Origin: Rubrobacteraceae bacterium | Lineage (GTDB): Bacteria; Actinomycetota; Rubrobacteria; Rubrobacterales; Rubrobacteraceae | DNA: 31,310 nucleotides | Assembly: GCA_029240775.1 (NCBI GenBank) | Contig: JARDZQ010000001.1 | Coordinates: 1-31,310, forward strand | Reading direction: 5' to 3' | Shown here: positions 1 to 9,145 of the stretch, one piece after another | How positions within the stretch are numbered: the first letter of the stretch is position 1 | Layout of the letters: every line of letters begins with the position of its first letter | Position numbers and translations under genes: made by a program | The notes under the pieces: model-generated | What the model saw: the letters and a program-made list of their open reading frames with translations, nothing else | Told to the model about the DNA's origin: nothing | Databases searched by the model: none

Positions 1-53
1 TGAGCCCCTACGACTTGAGCCGGGGACGTATTACTTACAGGTTCAGGACCTAA
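1..53 (+). CDS. infA: Translation initiation factor IF-1, C-terminal fragment (runs off the window start)
   Basis: Frame from base 3 reads SPYDLSRGRITYRFRT*, the IF-1 C-terminus. It lies directly before rpmJ as expected. Confidence 0.93.
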   Translation, partial: SPYDLSRGRITYRFRT

Positions 54-72
54 AGAGTAGGAGACGAGGAAC

Positions 73-186
73 GTGAAGGTACGAGCGAGCGTGAAACCGA
101 TCTGCGAGCGCTGCAAGGTCATAAGGCGCCGCGGGGTGGTGCGGGTTATCTGCACCAACCCCAGACACAAGCAGAGGCAGGGTTAG
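73..186 (+). CDS. rpmJ: 50S ribosomal protein L36 (37 aa, Zn-ribbon form); too short for the ORF track
   Basis: GTG at 73 after GAGGA; [37 protein letters not shown]. Confidence 0.98.
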   Translation: MKVRASVKPICERCKVIRRRGVVRVICTNPRHKQRQG

Positions 187-189
187 AGT

Positions 190-561
190 ATGGCGCGCAT
201 AGCGGGCGTAGACCTGCCGAGGGAGAAGAGGATCGAGGTCGGCCTCACCTACGTCTACGGCGTCGGCCGTTCGACGGCGAGGAAGATCCTGGCCGAGACC
301 GGCGTCGACCCGAACACGAAGGTCAGGGACCTGGCCGAGGGTGAGGTGGGCCAGATACGGTCCTATGTGGACGAGAACCTCCAGGTCGAGGGCGACCTGA
401 GGCGCGAGGTAAACCAGAACATCAGGCGGCTCATAGACATCGGGGCCTACCGTGGGATCCGGCACCGCCGGGGTCTCCCGGTGCGCGGGCAGCGGACGAA
501 GACCAACGCCCGCCAGCGCAAGGGCCCGAAGCCGTCCATAGGCGGGAGGAAGAAGAGGTAG
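190..561 (+). CDS. rpsM: 30S ribosomal protein S13
   Basis: [24 protein letters not shown]; [18 protein letters not shown]. Confidence 0.98.
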   Translation: MARIAGVDLPREKRIEVGLTYVYGVGRSTARKILAETGVDPNTKVRDLAEGEVGQIRSYVDENLQVEGDLRREVNQNIRRLIDIGAYRGIRHRRGLPVRGQRTKTNARQRKGPKPSIGGRKKR

Positions 562-969
562 ATGGGCAGGCAGCGTCAGCAGCGCAGGGGAGCTTCTCGC
601 TCGCGCAGGCGGGTCCGCAGGAACATCCCGACCGGCGTGGTGCACATAAAGAGCTCGTTCAACAACACCATCATCTCGGTCACGGACACCGAGGGCAACG
701 TCATAGCCTGGGAGTCCGCGGGCTCTCTGGGCTTCAAGGGTAGCCGCAAGAGCACCCCTTACGCGGCCCAGATGACGGCCGAGAGCGTGGCTAACAAGGC
801 CATGGACCAGGGGATGAGGCGCGTGGACATAGAGGTCAAGGGCCACGGCTCGGGCCGGGACATGGCCGCCAGGACCTTCCAGTCGGTTGGCATCGAGGTG
901 CTCTCCATAAAGGACGTCACGGGCCAGCCACACAACGGCTGCCGGCCGCCTAAGAGGAGGAGGGGCTAG
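562..969 (+). CDS. rpsK: 30S ribosomal protein S11
   Basis: [41 protein letters not shown]. Confidence 0.98.
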   Translation: MGRQRQQRRGASRSRRRVRRNIPTGVVHIKSSFNNTIISVTDTEGNVIAWESAGSLGFKGSRKSTPYAAQMTAESVANKAMDQGMRRVDIEVKGHGSGRDMAARTFQSVGIEVLSIKDVTGQPHNGCRPPKRRRG

Positions 970-1571
970 TGGCGCGTTACACTGGGCCGAGGGGGCGGCG
1001 AGACAGGCGTGCCGGGGTGATGCTCTCCTCGATGCGGAAGAACCCGCTCGAGAAGAAGCCCTATCCCCCCGGCGAGCACGGCCGGGGCCGACAGCGGCAG
1101 ACCGAGTACGGCATGCGGCTCCTCGAGAAGCAGAAGGCTCGCTGGTACTACGGGGTCTCCGAGAAGCAGTTCAGGCGGGCCTACGACAGGGCGACCCGTA
1201 TGCAGGGGGTCAGCGGCGAGAACCTCTTGAGGCTCATGGAGCTCAGGATGGACAACGTCGTCTACCGCATGGGCTTCGCGACCAGCAGGCCGCAGGCGCG
1301 CCAGCTCGTCTCGCACGGGCACTTCCTCCTCAACGGGCGCAAACACAACATACCCTCGGCGATCCTCAGGCAGGGGGACGTCATAACCGTGAAGGAGAAG
1401 AGCCGGAACCTGGAGCCCATAACGGACGCCGTCGAGAACGTCGTGGCCGTCCCGGCGTGGCTCGAGGCCGACCACGAGAACTTTACGGGCAGGGTGCTCC
1501 ACTCCCCTAGCCGGGACGAGATAGACACGCCCGTCGAGGAACAGCTCATAATCGAGTTCTACAGCCGGTAG
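969..1571 (+). CDS. rpsD: 30S ribosomal protein S4
   Basis: MARYTGP, YPPGEHG, LLEKQKAR, ELRMDNVVYRMGFATSRPQARQLVSHGH, IIEFYSR. Confidence 0.97.
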   Translation: MARYTGPRGRRDRRAGVMLSSMRKNPLEKKPYPPGEHGRGRQRQTEYGMRLLEKQKARWYYGVSEKQFRRAYDRATRMQGVSGENLLRLMELRMDNVVYRMGFATSRPQARQLVSHGHFLLNGRKHNIPSAILRQGDVITVKEKSRNLEPITDAVENVVAVPAWLEADHENFTGRVLHSPSRDEIDTPVEEQLIIEFYSR

Positions 1572-1600
1572 AACCTTTCTCTACGTAAGCAGGTGGTACT

Positions 1601-2551
1601 TTGACGATGTTGGATATAGCACCGCCCCGTTTCAGGGTGGAAGAGGAAGACGAGCGACGCGGGACCTTCGTCGCCGAGCCGCTCCCGCGCGGGCTGGGGC
1701 ACACTCTGGGTAACTCCCTGCGTCGCGTGATGCTCTCCGGGCTCCCCGGTGCCGCGGTAACGAAGGTCCGCATAGAGGGTGTCTCCCACGAGTTCTCCAC
1801 GATCCCCGGCGTCAAAGAGGACGTGGTGGACATCATCCTCAACGTGAAGGGTCTGAAGTTCAGGCTCGAGCGCGAGGAGCCCATAGAGCTGGAGATCACC
1901 AAGGACGGCCCCGGCGAGGTGACGGCCGCGGACATAGAGCTGAAGGCCGACGTCGAGGTAGTCGACCCCGAGACCTACATAGCGAGCGTCTCCGAGGGTG
2001 GGCACCTGGACATGCGCCTCACCGTCGAGAACGGCCAGGGCTACGCCCGCGCCGAGCAGAACAAGAGCGACGCCGACCCCATCGGGGTGATAGCCGTAGA
2101 CTCCCTCTTCTCGCCGGTCCAGCGGGTGAACTACTCGGTTACGGAGACGCGGGCCGGAGCGCGCGCCGACCTCGACGCCCTGACCATCGAGGTCTTCACC
2201 GACGGGCGCATCGCTCCGCAGGAGGCCCTGCAGGAGGCCTCGCGGCAGCTCATAGACATCCTCGGGCTCTTCACCGACGGCTACCAGGGCGCCGGCGCAG
2301 CCGAGCAGCGCCAGCGCGGCGGCAGGCCTGTCATCACCGACGAGCGCCCGGTCGAGGACCTAGAGCTCACGGTCCGCTCCTACAACTGCCTCAAGCGCGA
2401 GGGGATCGACACCATCGGCCAGCTCGCGACGATGAGCGAGGAGGAGCTCATGAACATCCGCAACCTCGGGATGAAGAGCGTGGACGAGATCCGCTCGAAG
2501 CTCCTCGAGTACGGCTACGACCTTGCGAGCGAGGGCAATGAGGCACGCTAG
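1601..2551 (+). CDS. rpoA: RNA polymerase alpha subunit (start is TTG 1601 or ATG 1607)
   Basis: EPLPRGLGHTLGNSLRRVMLS, HEFSTIPGVKEDV, alpha-CTD LELTVRSYNCLKREGI..RNLGMKS. Confidence 0.97.
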   Translation: MTMLDIAPPRFRVEEEDERRGTFVAEPLPRGLGHTLGNSLRRVMLSGLPGAAVTKVRIEGVSHEFSTIPGVKEDVVDIILNVKGLKFRLEREEPIELEITKDGPGEVTAADIELKADVEVVDPETYIASVSEGGHLDMRLTVENGQGYARAEQNKSDADPIGVIAVDSLFSPVQRVNYSVTETRAGARADLDALTIEVFTDGRIAPQEALQEASRQLIDILGLFTDGYQGAGAAEQRQRGGRPVITDERPVEDLELTVRSYNCLKREGIDTIGQLATMSEEELMNIRNLGMKSVDEIRSKLLEYGYDLASEGNEAR

Positions 2552-2903
2552 GAGGGGCCGCAAACTGGGCCGCGAAGCGCAGCACCGCAAGGCGATGCTC
2601 GGCACGATGGCGGGACAGCTTTTCGTCCACGGCCGCATAAAGACCACGGCTCCGAAGGCGAAGGAGCTGCGCGGCGTCGTAGACCGGCTCATAAACACGG
2701 CCAAGAAGGACGACCTGTCTGCGCGCAGGCAGGCGGTGAAGGTCTTGAAAGACAAGACCGTGGTCCGGCGGCTCTTCGAGGACGTGGCCCCCGGGCTCGA
2801 CGACCGCAACTCGGGCTACACCCGCATCCTCAAGCTGGGACCCCGGCTCGGAGACGGCGCCGAGACGGTCTACCTGGAGCTGGTCAACCACACGGTTGAG
2901 TAA
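2538..2903 (+). CDS. rplQ: 50S ribosomal protein L17 (start moved to ATG 2538, overlapping the rpoA end)
   Basis: MRHARRGRKLGR, GRIKTTAPKAKELR, GYTRILKLGPRLGDGA. Confidence 0.96.
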   Translation: MRHARRGRKLGREAQHRKAMLGTMAGQLFVHGRIKTTAPKAKELRGVVDRLINTAKKDDLSARRQAVKVLKDKTVVRRLFEDVAPGLDDRNSGYTRILKLGPRLGDGAETVYLELVNHTVE

Positions 2904-2912
2904 GCGCCCGGC

Positions 2913-3770
2913 GTGAATAACCGCAACCACGAGGGGTCCCGCCACGGCGGGCCCCCCGTCGTCTCCTGCGAGAACGTCTCTTTCTCCTACCTCGACTCCG
3001 GGAGGCCTGCGCTCGGCGAAATCTCTTTGGAGGTCCGCGCCGGGGAGTACGTCGGCGTCGTTGGTCCGAACGGAGGAGGGAAATCCACTCTCCTGCGCCT
3101 CATGAACGGTCTCCTGCGCGCCGACTCCGGCGACGTGCGCGTAGCGGGCTTCGACCCGGCGGCGGAACCGTTCGAGGTCCGCAAGAGGGTCGGGATGCTC
3201 TTCCAGAACCCGGAGAACGGGCTCGTCGCGCCCTTCGTCGAGGACGACATCGCCTTCGGGCTCGAGAACGTGGGTGTCTCCCGCGAAGAGATGCGCGAGC
3301 GGGTCCGGAAGGCCGTCCGGGCCGTCGGCCTGGATGGCTACGAGCAGCGGGAGCCCCACACCCTCTCCGGCGGCGAGAAACAGCGAGTCGCGCTGGCCGG
3401 TCTCCTCGCCCTCGACCCTGAGGTCCTCCTCCTCGACGAGCCAACCTCGATGCTCGACGCCGCCGGGCGAAGGGGGGTCCTCGAGAGGCTCGAGGCCTTG
3501 CGGGGGGCGAGGACCGTAGTCCATGTCACCCACCACCTCGACGAGCTGCTCGACGCCGACCGTGTGCTGGTGCTGGGCGCCGGAAGGCTAGTCGCCGACG
3601 TGAGCCCGGAGCGTCTGGTCTCCGACCCGGATCTCCTGCGGGACAATCGCCTCGTACTCCCCACCGCCCTGCGGCTCGCAGCGGAGCTCGGACTCGGACC
3701 AGCGAAGCTCCGGACGCCGGAGGATCTCGCGGAGGCGATCGTGGAGAAGAGCGGGGCGCGAGCAAGGTGA
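2913..3770 (+). CDS. ecfA1: Energy-coupling factor transporter ATPase A1
   Basis: Walker A GPNGGGKST, Q-loop LFQNPE, signature LSGGEKQRVALAG, Walker B LLLDEPT; position after rplQ. Confidence 0.88.
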   Translation: MNNRNHEGSRHGGPPVVSCENVSFSYLDSGRPALGEISLEVRAGEYVGVVGPNGGGKSTLLRLMNGLLRADSGDVRVAGFDPAAEPFEVRKRVGMLFQNPENGLVAPFVEDDIAFGLENVGVSREEMRERVRKAVRAVGLDGYEQREPHTLSGGEKQRVALAGLLALDPEVLLLDEPTSMLDAAGRRGVLERLEALRGARTVVHVTHHLDELLDADRVLVLGAGRLVADVSPERLVSDPDLLRDNRLVLPTALRLAAELGLGPAKLRTPEDLAEAIVEKSGARAR

Positions 3771-4588
3771 GGATCGAGCTGGAGAACGTGCGCCACGTCT
3801 ACGCGCCGGGGACCCCCTTCGAGGTCGAGGCGCTGCGGGGCGTCTCGCTCGCGATCGAGCCCGAGGAGGTGCTCGGGATAGTCGGCGGGACGGGCTCGGG
3901 GAAGAGCACGCTCGTCCAGCACCTGAACCTCCTTCTCGTGCCGACGAGCGGCCGCGTCCTCGTGGACGGCGCGGACGTGCGAACCATCAGAGGCCGCGAG
4001 CTGCGCGGGCGGGTGGGCCTCGTCTTCCAGTTCCCGGAGGCCGCACTCTTCGCCCCGACCGTCGAGGAGGACGTCGCCTTCGCCCCGCGCCGACTGGGCC
4101 TGAGCGAGGGAGAGGTACACAGAAGGGTCGGCGAGACCCTCGGCCTTCTCGGCGCCTCACACCTCGCCGGCCGATCCCCCTTCGCCCTCTCCGGCGGCGA
4201 GAAGCGGCGGGTCGCGATAGCCGGCGTGCTGGCTATGGCCCCCGAGGTACTCGTGCTCGACGAGCCGACAGCCGGGCTCGACCCCGCTACCCGGGAGGAC
4301 CTGCTCGGCGTGGTGCGCGCCCTGCGGGAAGAAGGTACCTCGGTCGTCATGGTCTCCCACGACCTCGACGAGGTCGCCGAGGTAGCCGACAGGGTGTGCG
4401 TCCTGGAGAACGGAGAGGTGCGGGCGGTGGGAGCCCCCGAAGAGGTCTTCTACGCGCACCCGACGACGGCCCCTTCGACTGTGCGGGTGGTCCGCCCCTT
4501 GAGGGGACCCCACCCGGAGGTCGGCAGGCCGGTCCGTTTCGAGGAGACGCTGGCTGCGTTGAAGGGGTTGCTGGAAGGGCGGGTATGA
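3767..4588 (+). CDS. ecfA2: Energy-coupling factor transporter ATPase A2
   Basis: Y.PGTPFE N-terminus typical of EcfA2, GGTGSGKST, VFQFPE, SPFALSGGEKRRVAIAG, LDEPTAGLDP; GTGA overlap with ecfA1. Confidence 0.88.
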   Translation: MRIELENVRHVYAPGTPFEVEALRGVSLAIEPEEVLGIVGGTGSGKSTLVQHLNLLLVPTSGRVLVDGADVRTIRGRELRGRVGLVFQFPEAALFAPTVEEDVAFAPRRLGLSEGEVHRRVGETLGLLGASHLAGRSPFALSGGEKRRVAIAGVLAMAPEVLVLDEPTAGLDPATREDLLGVVRALREEGTSVVMVSHDLDEVAEVADRVCVLENGEVRAVGAPEEVFYAHPTTAPSTVRVVRPLRGPHPEVGRPVRFEETLAALKGLLEGRV

Positions 4589-5376
4589 CGGCGGGCCGTA
4601 CTCTGGGCCAGTTCTACCCGGTCGCCTCGCTTCTGCATGGGCTGGATCCGCGGGCCAAGATCCTGGGCACCGCGGCGCTGGCCGTCGGCCTGTTTCTGGT
4701 GGACTCCGCCGCCGGTTTTCTCCTTATCTCGGCGGTGGTCGTCCTCCTCGTAGCGGCGAGCCGGATCCCGCCGGGAACGTTCGTTGGTTTCCTGAGGCCC
4801 GTCGCCTTCATCGTGGCGCTCACGGCGCTCTTCCAGGTCTTCTTCTCTAGAGAGGGAGAGCTGCTCCTCGAGTGGGGGTTTGTGCAGGTACACGAAGGTG
4901 GTCTCGTCAGGGGTCTCTTTCTCGCGTCGAGGATACTGCTACTCGTCTCCACGGCGGCTCTGCTCACGGCAACGACCGCGCCTGTGGCGCTCGCCGACGG
5001 CATCGAGGATCTCCTCTCTCCGCTCAAGAAAGCTCGTTTCCCGGCGCACGAGCTGGCGATGATGATCACCATCGCGCTCCGCTTCATCCCCACGTTGCAC
5101 GAGGAGGCGCAGAAGATCACTCGCGCCCAGGCCGCCCGCGGCGCGGACTTCTCGGAGGGTGGCCCGATAAGACGCGCCCGCGCGCTGCTGCCCGTTCTCG
5201 TGCCGCTCACCATAGGCGCCTTCCGCAGGGCCGACGAGCTCGCCGAAGCGATGGAGAGCCGGGGGTACAGGGGCGACGAAGGCCGGACGCGCTACCGCGA
5301 GCTGCGCTTCCGTACCCGGGATGCACTCGTCCTCTGCGCCGCTGCGCTAGTCGTCTTCGCGGGTATCCTACTTTGA
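4585..5376 (+). CDS. ecfT: ECF transporter transmembrane component T (start moved to ATG 4585)
   Basis: LGQF..SLLHGLDPRAK, IALRFIPTL.EE, AQAARG and AMESRG motifs; ATGA overlap with ecfA2. Confidence 0.9.
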   Translation: MTAGRTLGQFYPVASLLHGLDPRAKILGTAALAVGLFLVDSAAGFLLISAVVVLLVAASRIPPGTFVGFLRPVAFIVALTALFQVFFSREGELLLEWGFVQVHEGGLVRGLFLASRILLLVSTAALLTATTAPVALADGIEDLLSPLKKARFPAHELAMMITIALRFIPTLHEEAQKITRAQAARGADFSEGGPIRRARALLPVLVPLTIGAFRRADELAEAMESRGYRGDEGRTRYRELRFRTRDALVLCAAALVVFAGILL

Positions 5377-6140
5377 AGAAGTACGCCGGCCTCGTGGAGT
5401 ACGACGGCTCCGAGTTCGCAGGCTGGGCCGTCCAGCCCGGCATGAGGACGGTCGAGGGAACGCTCGCAGAGGGCCTGCAAACCGTGCTTCGCCACCCCAT
5501 AAAGCTCAGCGTCGCTGGGCGCACCGACGCCGGCGTGCACGCCAGCGGTCAGGTCGTCTCCTTCGAGACAGATGTGGATCTGGAACCGTCCGTAATCGCC
5601 TACAAGGCGACTGCGGTGCTCCCGAAGGACCTCGCGCTCCGGCGCTGCGTCGAGGCGGACGAGGGCTTCGACGCCCGCAGGGACGCGAAGAGCAGGAGCT
5701 ACGAGTACCGCATCGTCAACGATCCCGCCCGCTCACCCTTGAGGCGCCACCGCACAACCTACGTCGCAAGGACGCTGGACTTCGAGCTTTTGCAGCGCAC
5801 CGCAGAGCTCCTCCGGGGCGTCAACGACTTCCGCGCCTTCACCCCGACCAGGACCTACCACGTCCGCTTCGAGCGGATCGTGAGCCAGTCCGCCTGGGAG
5901 AGGAGCAGCGACCTCCTCGTCTACAGGTTGACCGCCGACTCCTTCCTTTACGGCATGGTCCGCACGCTTGTGGGCACGATGCTCGAGGTGGCGGACGGCA
6001 CGCGTACGCTGCCATCCTTCGAGCGACTGCTCTCCGGCGGGGAGCGCAGCGAGGCCGGAGGGGCGGTCCCGAGCAAGGGCCTCACGCTCGTCGGTGTGGG
6101 ATACGATAACCTGGATCTCAAAGGAGGCGAACTTGGCTGA
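5373..6140 (+). CDS. truA: tRNA pseudouridine(38-40) synthase (TTG start at 5373)
   Basis: YDGSEFAGW, AGRTDAGVHASGQV, FDARRDA.SRSYEY, SFLYGMVRTLVG; TTGA overlap with ecfT. Confidence 0.95.
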   Translation: MKKYAGLVEYDGSEFAGWAVQPGMRTVEGTLAEGLQTVLRHPIKLSVAGRTDAGVHASGQVVSFETDVDLEPSVIAYKATAVLPKDLALRRCVEADEGFDARRDAKSRSYEYRIVNDPARSPLRRHRTTYVARTLDFELLQRTAELLRGVNDFRAFTPTRTYHVRFERIVSQSAWERSSDLLVYRLTADSFLYGMVRTLVGTMLEVADGTRTLPSFERLLSGGERSEAGGAVPSKGLTLVGVGYDNLDLKGGELG

Positions 6141-6810
6141 GACCGAGAACACTGGCGCGCTGCTCGCCCGGATAGACGACTATATCGAGCACCTCTTCGC
6201 GCCGCAGGACGAAGCGCTCGAGGCCGCGGTGCGGGAGTCGCGCCAGGCCGGGCTGCCGGAGATACAGGTCTCCCCCAACGAGGCGAAGCTCTTGCAGCTA
6301 TTCGCGGAGATGGTAGGGGCGAGGCGCGTTCTGGAGATAGGCACTCTGGGCGGCTACAGCGCCATCCACTTCGGGCGCGCGCTGCCCGAGGGCGGAGAGC
6401 TCATCTCCCTCGAGATAGACGAGCGCCACGCCGAGGTCGCGCGCGAGAACGTCGAGCGCGCGGGGCTGTCCGACAAAGTCGAGATCCGGGTCGGCGACGC
6501 AAGGGAGCTGCTGGCAGAGATAGCCGAGAACGACGAAGGCCCCTTCGAAGTGGTCTTCATAGACGCGGACAAAGGGGGCTACCCAGAGTACCTAGAGTGG
6601 TCCTTGAGGCTCACGCGGCCCGGCTCGCTCATCCTCGGGGACAACACGATCAGGGGCGGGACCGTCCTCGACCCCGAAGACGAATCGGCGCGGGCTACCA
6701 ACGAGTTCAACGAGAGAATAGCCAGAGATTCGCGGCTATCGGCGATCCTCTTGCCCATTCTAAGGGAGCGGATAGACGGGCTCACCATCGCCCTCGTCCG
6801 CGGGGGCTGA
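6133..6810 (+). CDS. SAM-dependent O-methyltransferase, Methyltransf_3 (CCoAOMT/COMT-like) family
   Basis: AAGGAGG at 6121 then TTG 6133; LEIGTLGGYS, VFIDADK..Y..Y, LILGDNT, DGLTIA. Confidence 0.88.
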   Translation: MAETENTGALLARIDDYIEHLFAPQDEALEAAVRESRQAGLPEIQVSPNEAKLLQLFAEMVGARRVLEIGTLGGYSAIHFGRALPEGGELISLEIDERHAEVARENVERAGLSDKVEIRVGDARELLAEIAENDEGPFEVVFIDADKGGYPEYLEWSLRLTRPGSLILGDNTIRGGTVLDPEDESARATNEFNERIARDSRLSAILLPILRERIDGLTIALVRGG

Positions 6811-6834
6811 GAAGCTGTTACTAGCGGGGATGTA

Positions 6835-6843
6835 TGCTACTAT
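6835..6843 (+). promoter_or_regulatory. Candidate extended -10 promoter (TG-C-TACTAT) for rplM-rpsI
   Basis: TGnTAnnnT match in the AT-richer 89-bp gap, with GGAGG at 6891 before the GTG at 6900. No clear -35. Confidence 0.5.
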
Positions 6844-6899
6844 CTTACGGTTTGATACCAGGCCAACTGGTGAGAACATAGTACGATTCCGGAGGGTTA

Positions 6900-7331
6900 G
6901 TGAAGAGTTACATGGCGCGGCCCCTTGAGGTCGAACGGAGGTGGTACGTCGTGGACGCCGAGGGGCAGACCCTCGGGCGGCTCGCGGCGGAGATCGCTAG
7001 AGTACTGCGGGGCAAGAGCAAGCCGCAGTACACGCCGCACGTGGACACGGGCGACTTCGTGGTCGTGGTGAACGCGGAAAGGATCGTCGTCACGGGCAGG
7101 AAGGCCGAGCAGAAGGTCTACAGGCGGCACTCGGGGTATCCGGGCGGGCTGAAGACGACGAGCTTCGAGCAGCTGCTGGAGCGCCAGCCGACCGAGATCC
7201 TGCGCAAGGCCGTAAAGGGGATGATGCCGAAGACTCGGCTCGCCCGCCAGCAGTTGAGGAAGTTGAAGATCTACGCGGGACCCGAGCATCCGCACGCTGC
7301 TCAGAGCCCGCAAAAGCTCGAGGTGAGGTGA
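6900..7331 (+). CDS. rplM: 50S ribosomal protein L13
   Basis: [48 protein letters not shown]. Confidence 0.98.
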   Translation: MKSYMARPLEVERRWYVVDAEGQTLGRLAAEIARVLRGKSKPQYTPHVDTGDFVVVVNAERIVVTGRKAEQKVYRRHSGYPGGLKTTSFEQLLERQPTEILRKAVKGMMPKTRLARQQLRKLKIYAGPEHPHAAQSPQKLEVR

Positions 7332-7333
7332 GC

Positions 7334-7726
7334 ATGGCGGAGACTCTGTACAGGGGGACGGGCCGGCGCAAGACGGCGCGCGCGCGCGTGAGGCTGCTCC
7401 CGGGGGAAGGTAAGATCACGGTGAACGGTCGCCCCCTCGATGAGTACTTCACGCGCCCGGCATACCGGGCTGCGGTGCGCTCGCCGCTGGAACTGCTTGG
7501 CCAGGCCGGTCGCTACGACGTGGTGGCCAGGCTGGAGGGCGGCGGCCCCACGGGCCAGGCGGACGCTCTGCGCCACGGCATCGCGCGCGCGCTCGCCGAG
7601 GAGTCGCAGGAGGCGCGTAGCGAGCTGAAGGCCGCCGGGCTCCTCACCCGGGACTCCCGTGCCGTCGAGCGCAAGAAGTACGGCCTAAAGAAGGCCCGCA
7701 AGCGCCCGCAGTTCTCCAAGCGCTAG
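7334..7726 (+). CDS. rpsI: 30S ribosomal protein S9 (ATG 7334; GTG 7328 is an alternative start)
   Basis: [50 protein letters not shown]. Confidence 0.97.
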   Translation: MAETLYRGTGRRKTARARVRLLPGEGKITVNGRPLDEYFTRPAYRAAVRSPLELLGQAGRYDVVARLEGGGPTGQADALRHGIARALAEESQEARSELKAAGLLTRDSRAVERKKYGLKKARKRPQFSKR

Positions 7727-7816
7727 GGCAGTAGACCTTTTTACAGGACGCGGGCCCCTTTCGCCGCTCTAATCGGGCGGTCAGGGAGGGGTCCGTCTCG
7801 CGCGGAGGAGGTCTCT

Positions 7817-9145
7817 TTGCACAGAGGACCTATCACGTTCGGCACCGACGGGGTACGCGGGACCGCTAACGAGGGTCTCCTCCCCGAGGACGCCCTGAGG
7901 CTCGGCTTCGCCGCCGCGCGGCTCTTCGGGGGTCCGGTCCTCGTCGGGCGCGACACCCGCCTCTCGGGCGTGATGCTCTCCTACGCCCTCGCAGCGGGCG
8001 CCGCGAGCGGCGGCGCCCGCGTGATCGACGCCGGAATCCTCCCTACCCCCGGCATCGCAGCCCTCGCACCACGACTCGGCGCAGCCGCAGCGGGCGTGGT
8101 GAGCGCCTCGCACAACCCCTACCCGGACAACGGCATAAAGTTCTTCTCGGGCGAGGGACGCAAGCTCGAAGCGGGGGAGGAGCGTGGGATCGAGTCCCTG
8201 AGCGGCGAGAGGTACCTCGAGCGCCCAACAGGGGGTGGAGTCGGGACCGTGGAGAGGTTGGACGACGCCACGGGGCTCTACGTCGGGGGCATCCTGGCCC
8301 GGCTGCGTCCGAGCGTCGGGGGGATCAAGGTGCTCCTGGATTGCGCGAACGGTGCCGCCTACGAGGCGGCACCGATGGCCTTCGGGGAGCTGGGCGCGGA
8401 CCTTACGGTCGTCGGGGACGAGCCCGACGGCACGAACATCAACGAGGGGTGTGGCTCCACGCACGTGCAGAGCCTGGACGCCTCGGGGCACGACGTCGCG
8501 TTCGCCTTCGACGGAGACGCCGACAGGGTACTCGCCAGAGACGAGAAAGGCGACGTCGTAGACGGTGACAGGATCATCGCCATCCTCGCGCGGGACCTCG
8601 CCGAGCGCGGGACGCTCGCGGGTGGGGTCGTCGTCACCGTCATGACCAACCTCGGTTTCTTCAAGGCGATGGAGGACTTGAGCATCCCGTACGAGGTAAC
8701 GCCGGTCGGAGACAGGCACGTGGCGGACGCCATGCGCAGGAGTGGTGCTTCCCTGGGGGGAGAGCAGTCGGGGCACGTGATCCTCTCCGATCACGTCACG
8801 ACCGGGGACGGGATCGTCACCGCGCTCGCCCTTCTCGACGTCATGGTCCGGACCGGCGAGCCGCTCTCGGAGCTGGCGCGGGTCGTGAAGGTCTATCCTC
8901 AGGAGCTCATAAACGTAGCCGTACCGGACGCTGCCTCCGCGAAGACGCTCGTCGCCTCGGAGGCGGTGGAGCGGGCGGTAGCGGGGGCCCAGAAGCGGCT
9001 CGGCCGGCAGGGACGCATACTGCTCAGGCCGAGCGGGACCGAGCCGTTGGTGCGGGTCATGGTCGAGCACGCTGACGAGGTCACGTGCAGGGAGGTCTGC
9101 GAGGAGGTAGCCGGGGTGGTCGCCGAAGCGGGGGTTCGAGTGTGA
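7817..9145 (+). CDS. glmM: Phosphoglucosamine mutase
   Basis: GGAGGAGG SD then TTG; FGTDGVRG, SASHNP, FDGDADR, GGEQSGH, RPSGTEP. Confidence 0.93.
   Translation: MHRGPITFGTDGVRGTANEGLLPEDALRLGFAAARLFGGPVLVGRDTRLSGVMLSYALAAGAASGGARVIDAGILPTPGIAALAPRLGAAAAGVVSASHNPYPDNGIKFFSGEGRKLEAGEERGIESLSGERYLERPTGGGVGTVERLDDATGLYVGGILARLRPSVGGIKVLLDCANGAAYEAAPMAFGELGADLTVVGDEPDGTNINEGCGSTHVQSLDASGHDVAFAFDGDADRVLARDEKGDVVDGDRIIAILARDLAERGTLAGGVVVTVMTNLGFFKAMEDLSIPYEVTPVGDRHVADAMRRSGASLGGEQSGHVILSDHVTTGDGIVTALALLDVMVRTGEPLSELARVVKVYPQELINVAVPDAASAKTLVASEAVERAVAGAQKRLGRQGRILLRPSGTEPLVRVMVEHADEVTCREVCEEVAGVVAEAGVRV

Noticed and set aside
4396-6810. Extended N-termini given by the track for ecfT (4396), truA (4872) and the methyltransferase (5968)
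   Set aside because: Family similarity begins only at 4585, 5373 and 6133, where stop/start overlaps or an SD are present. The same applies to rplQ, the DUF429-like gene, hisF, hisIE, trpE and the 22517 start.
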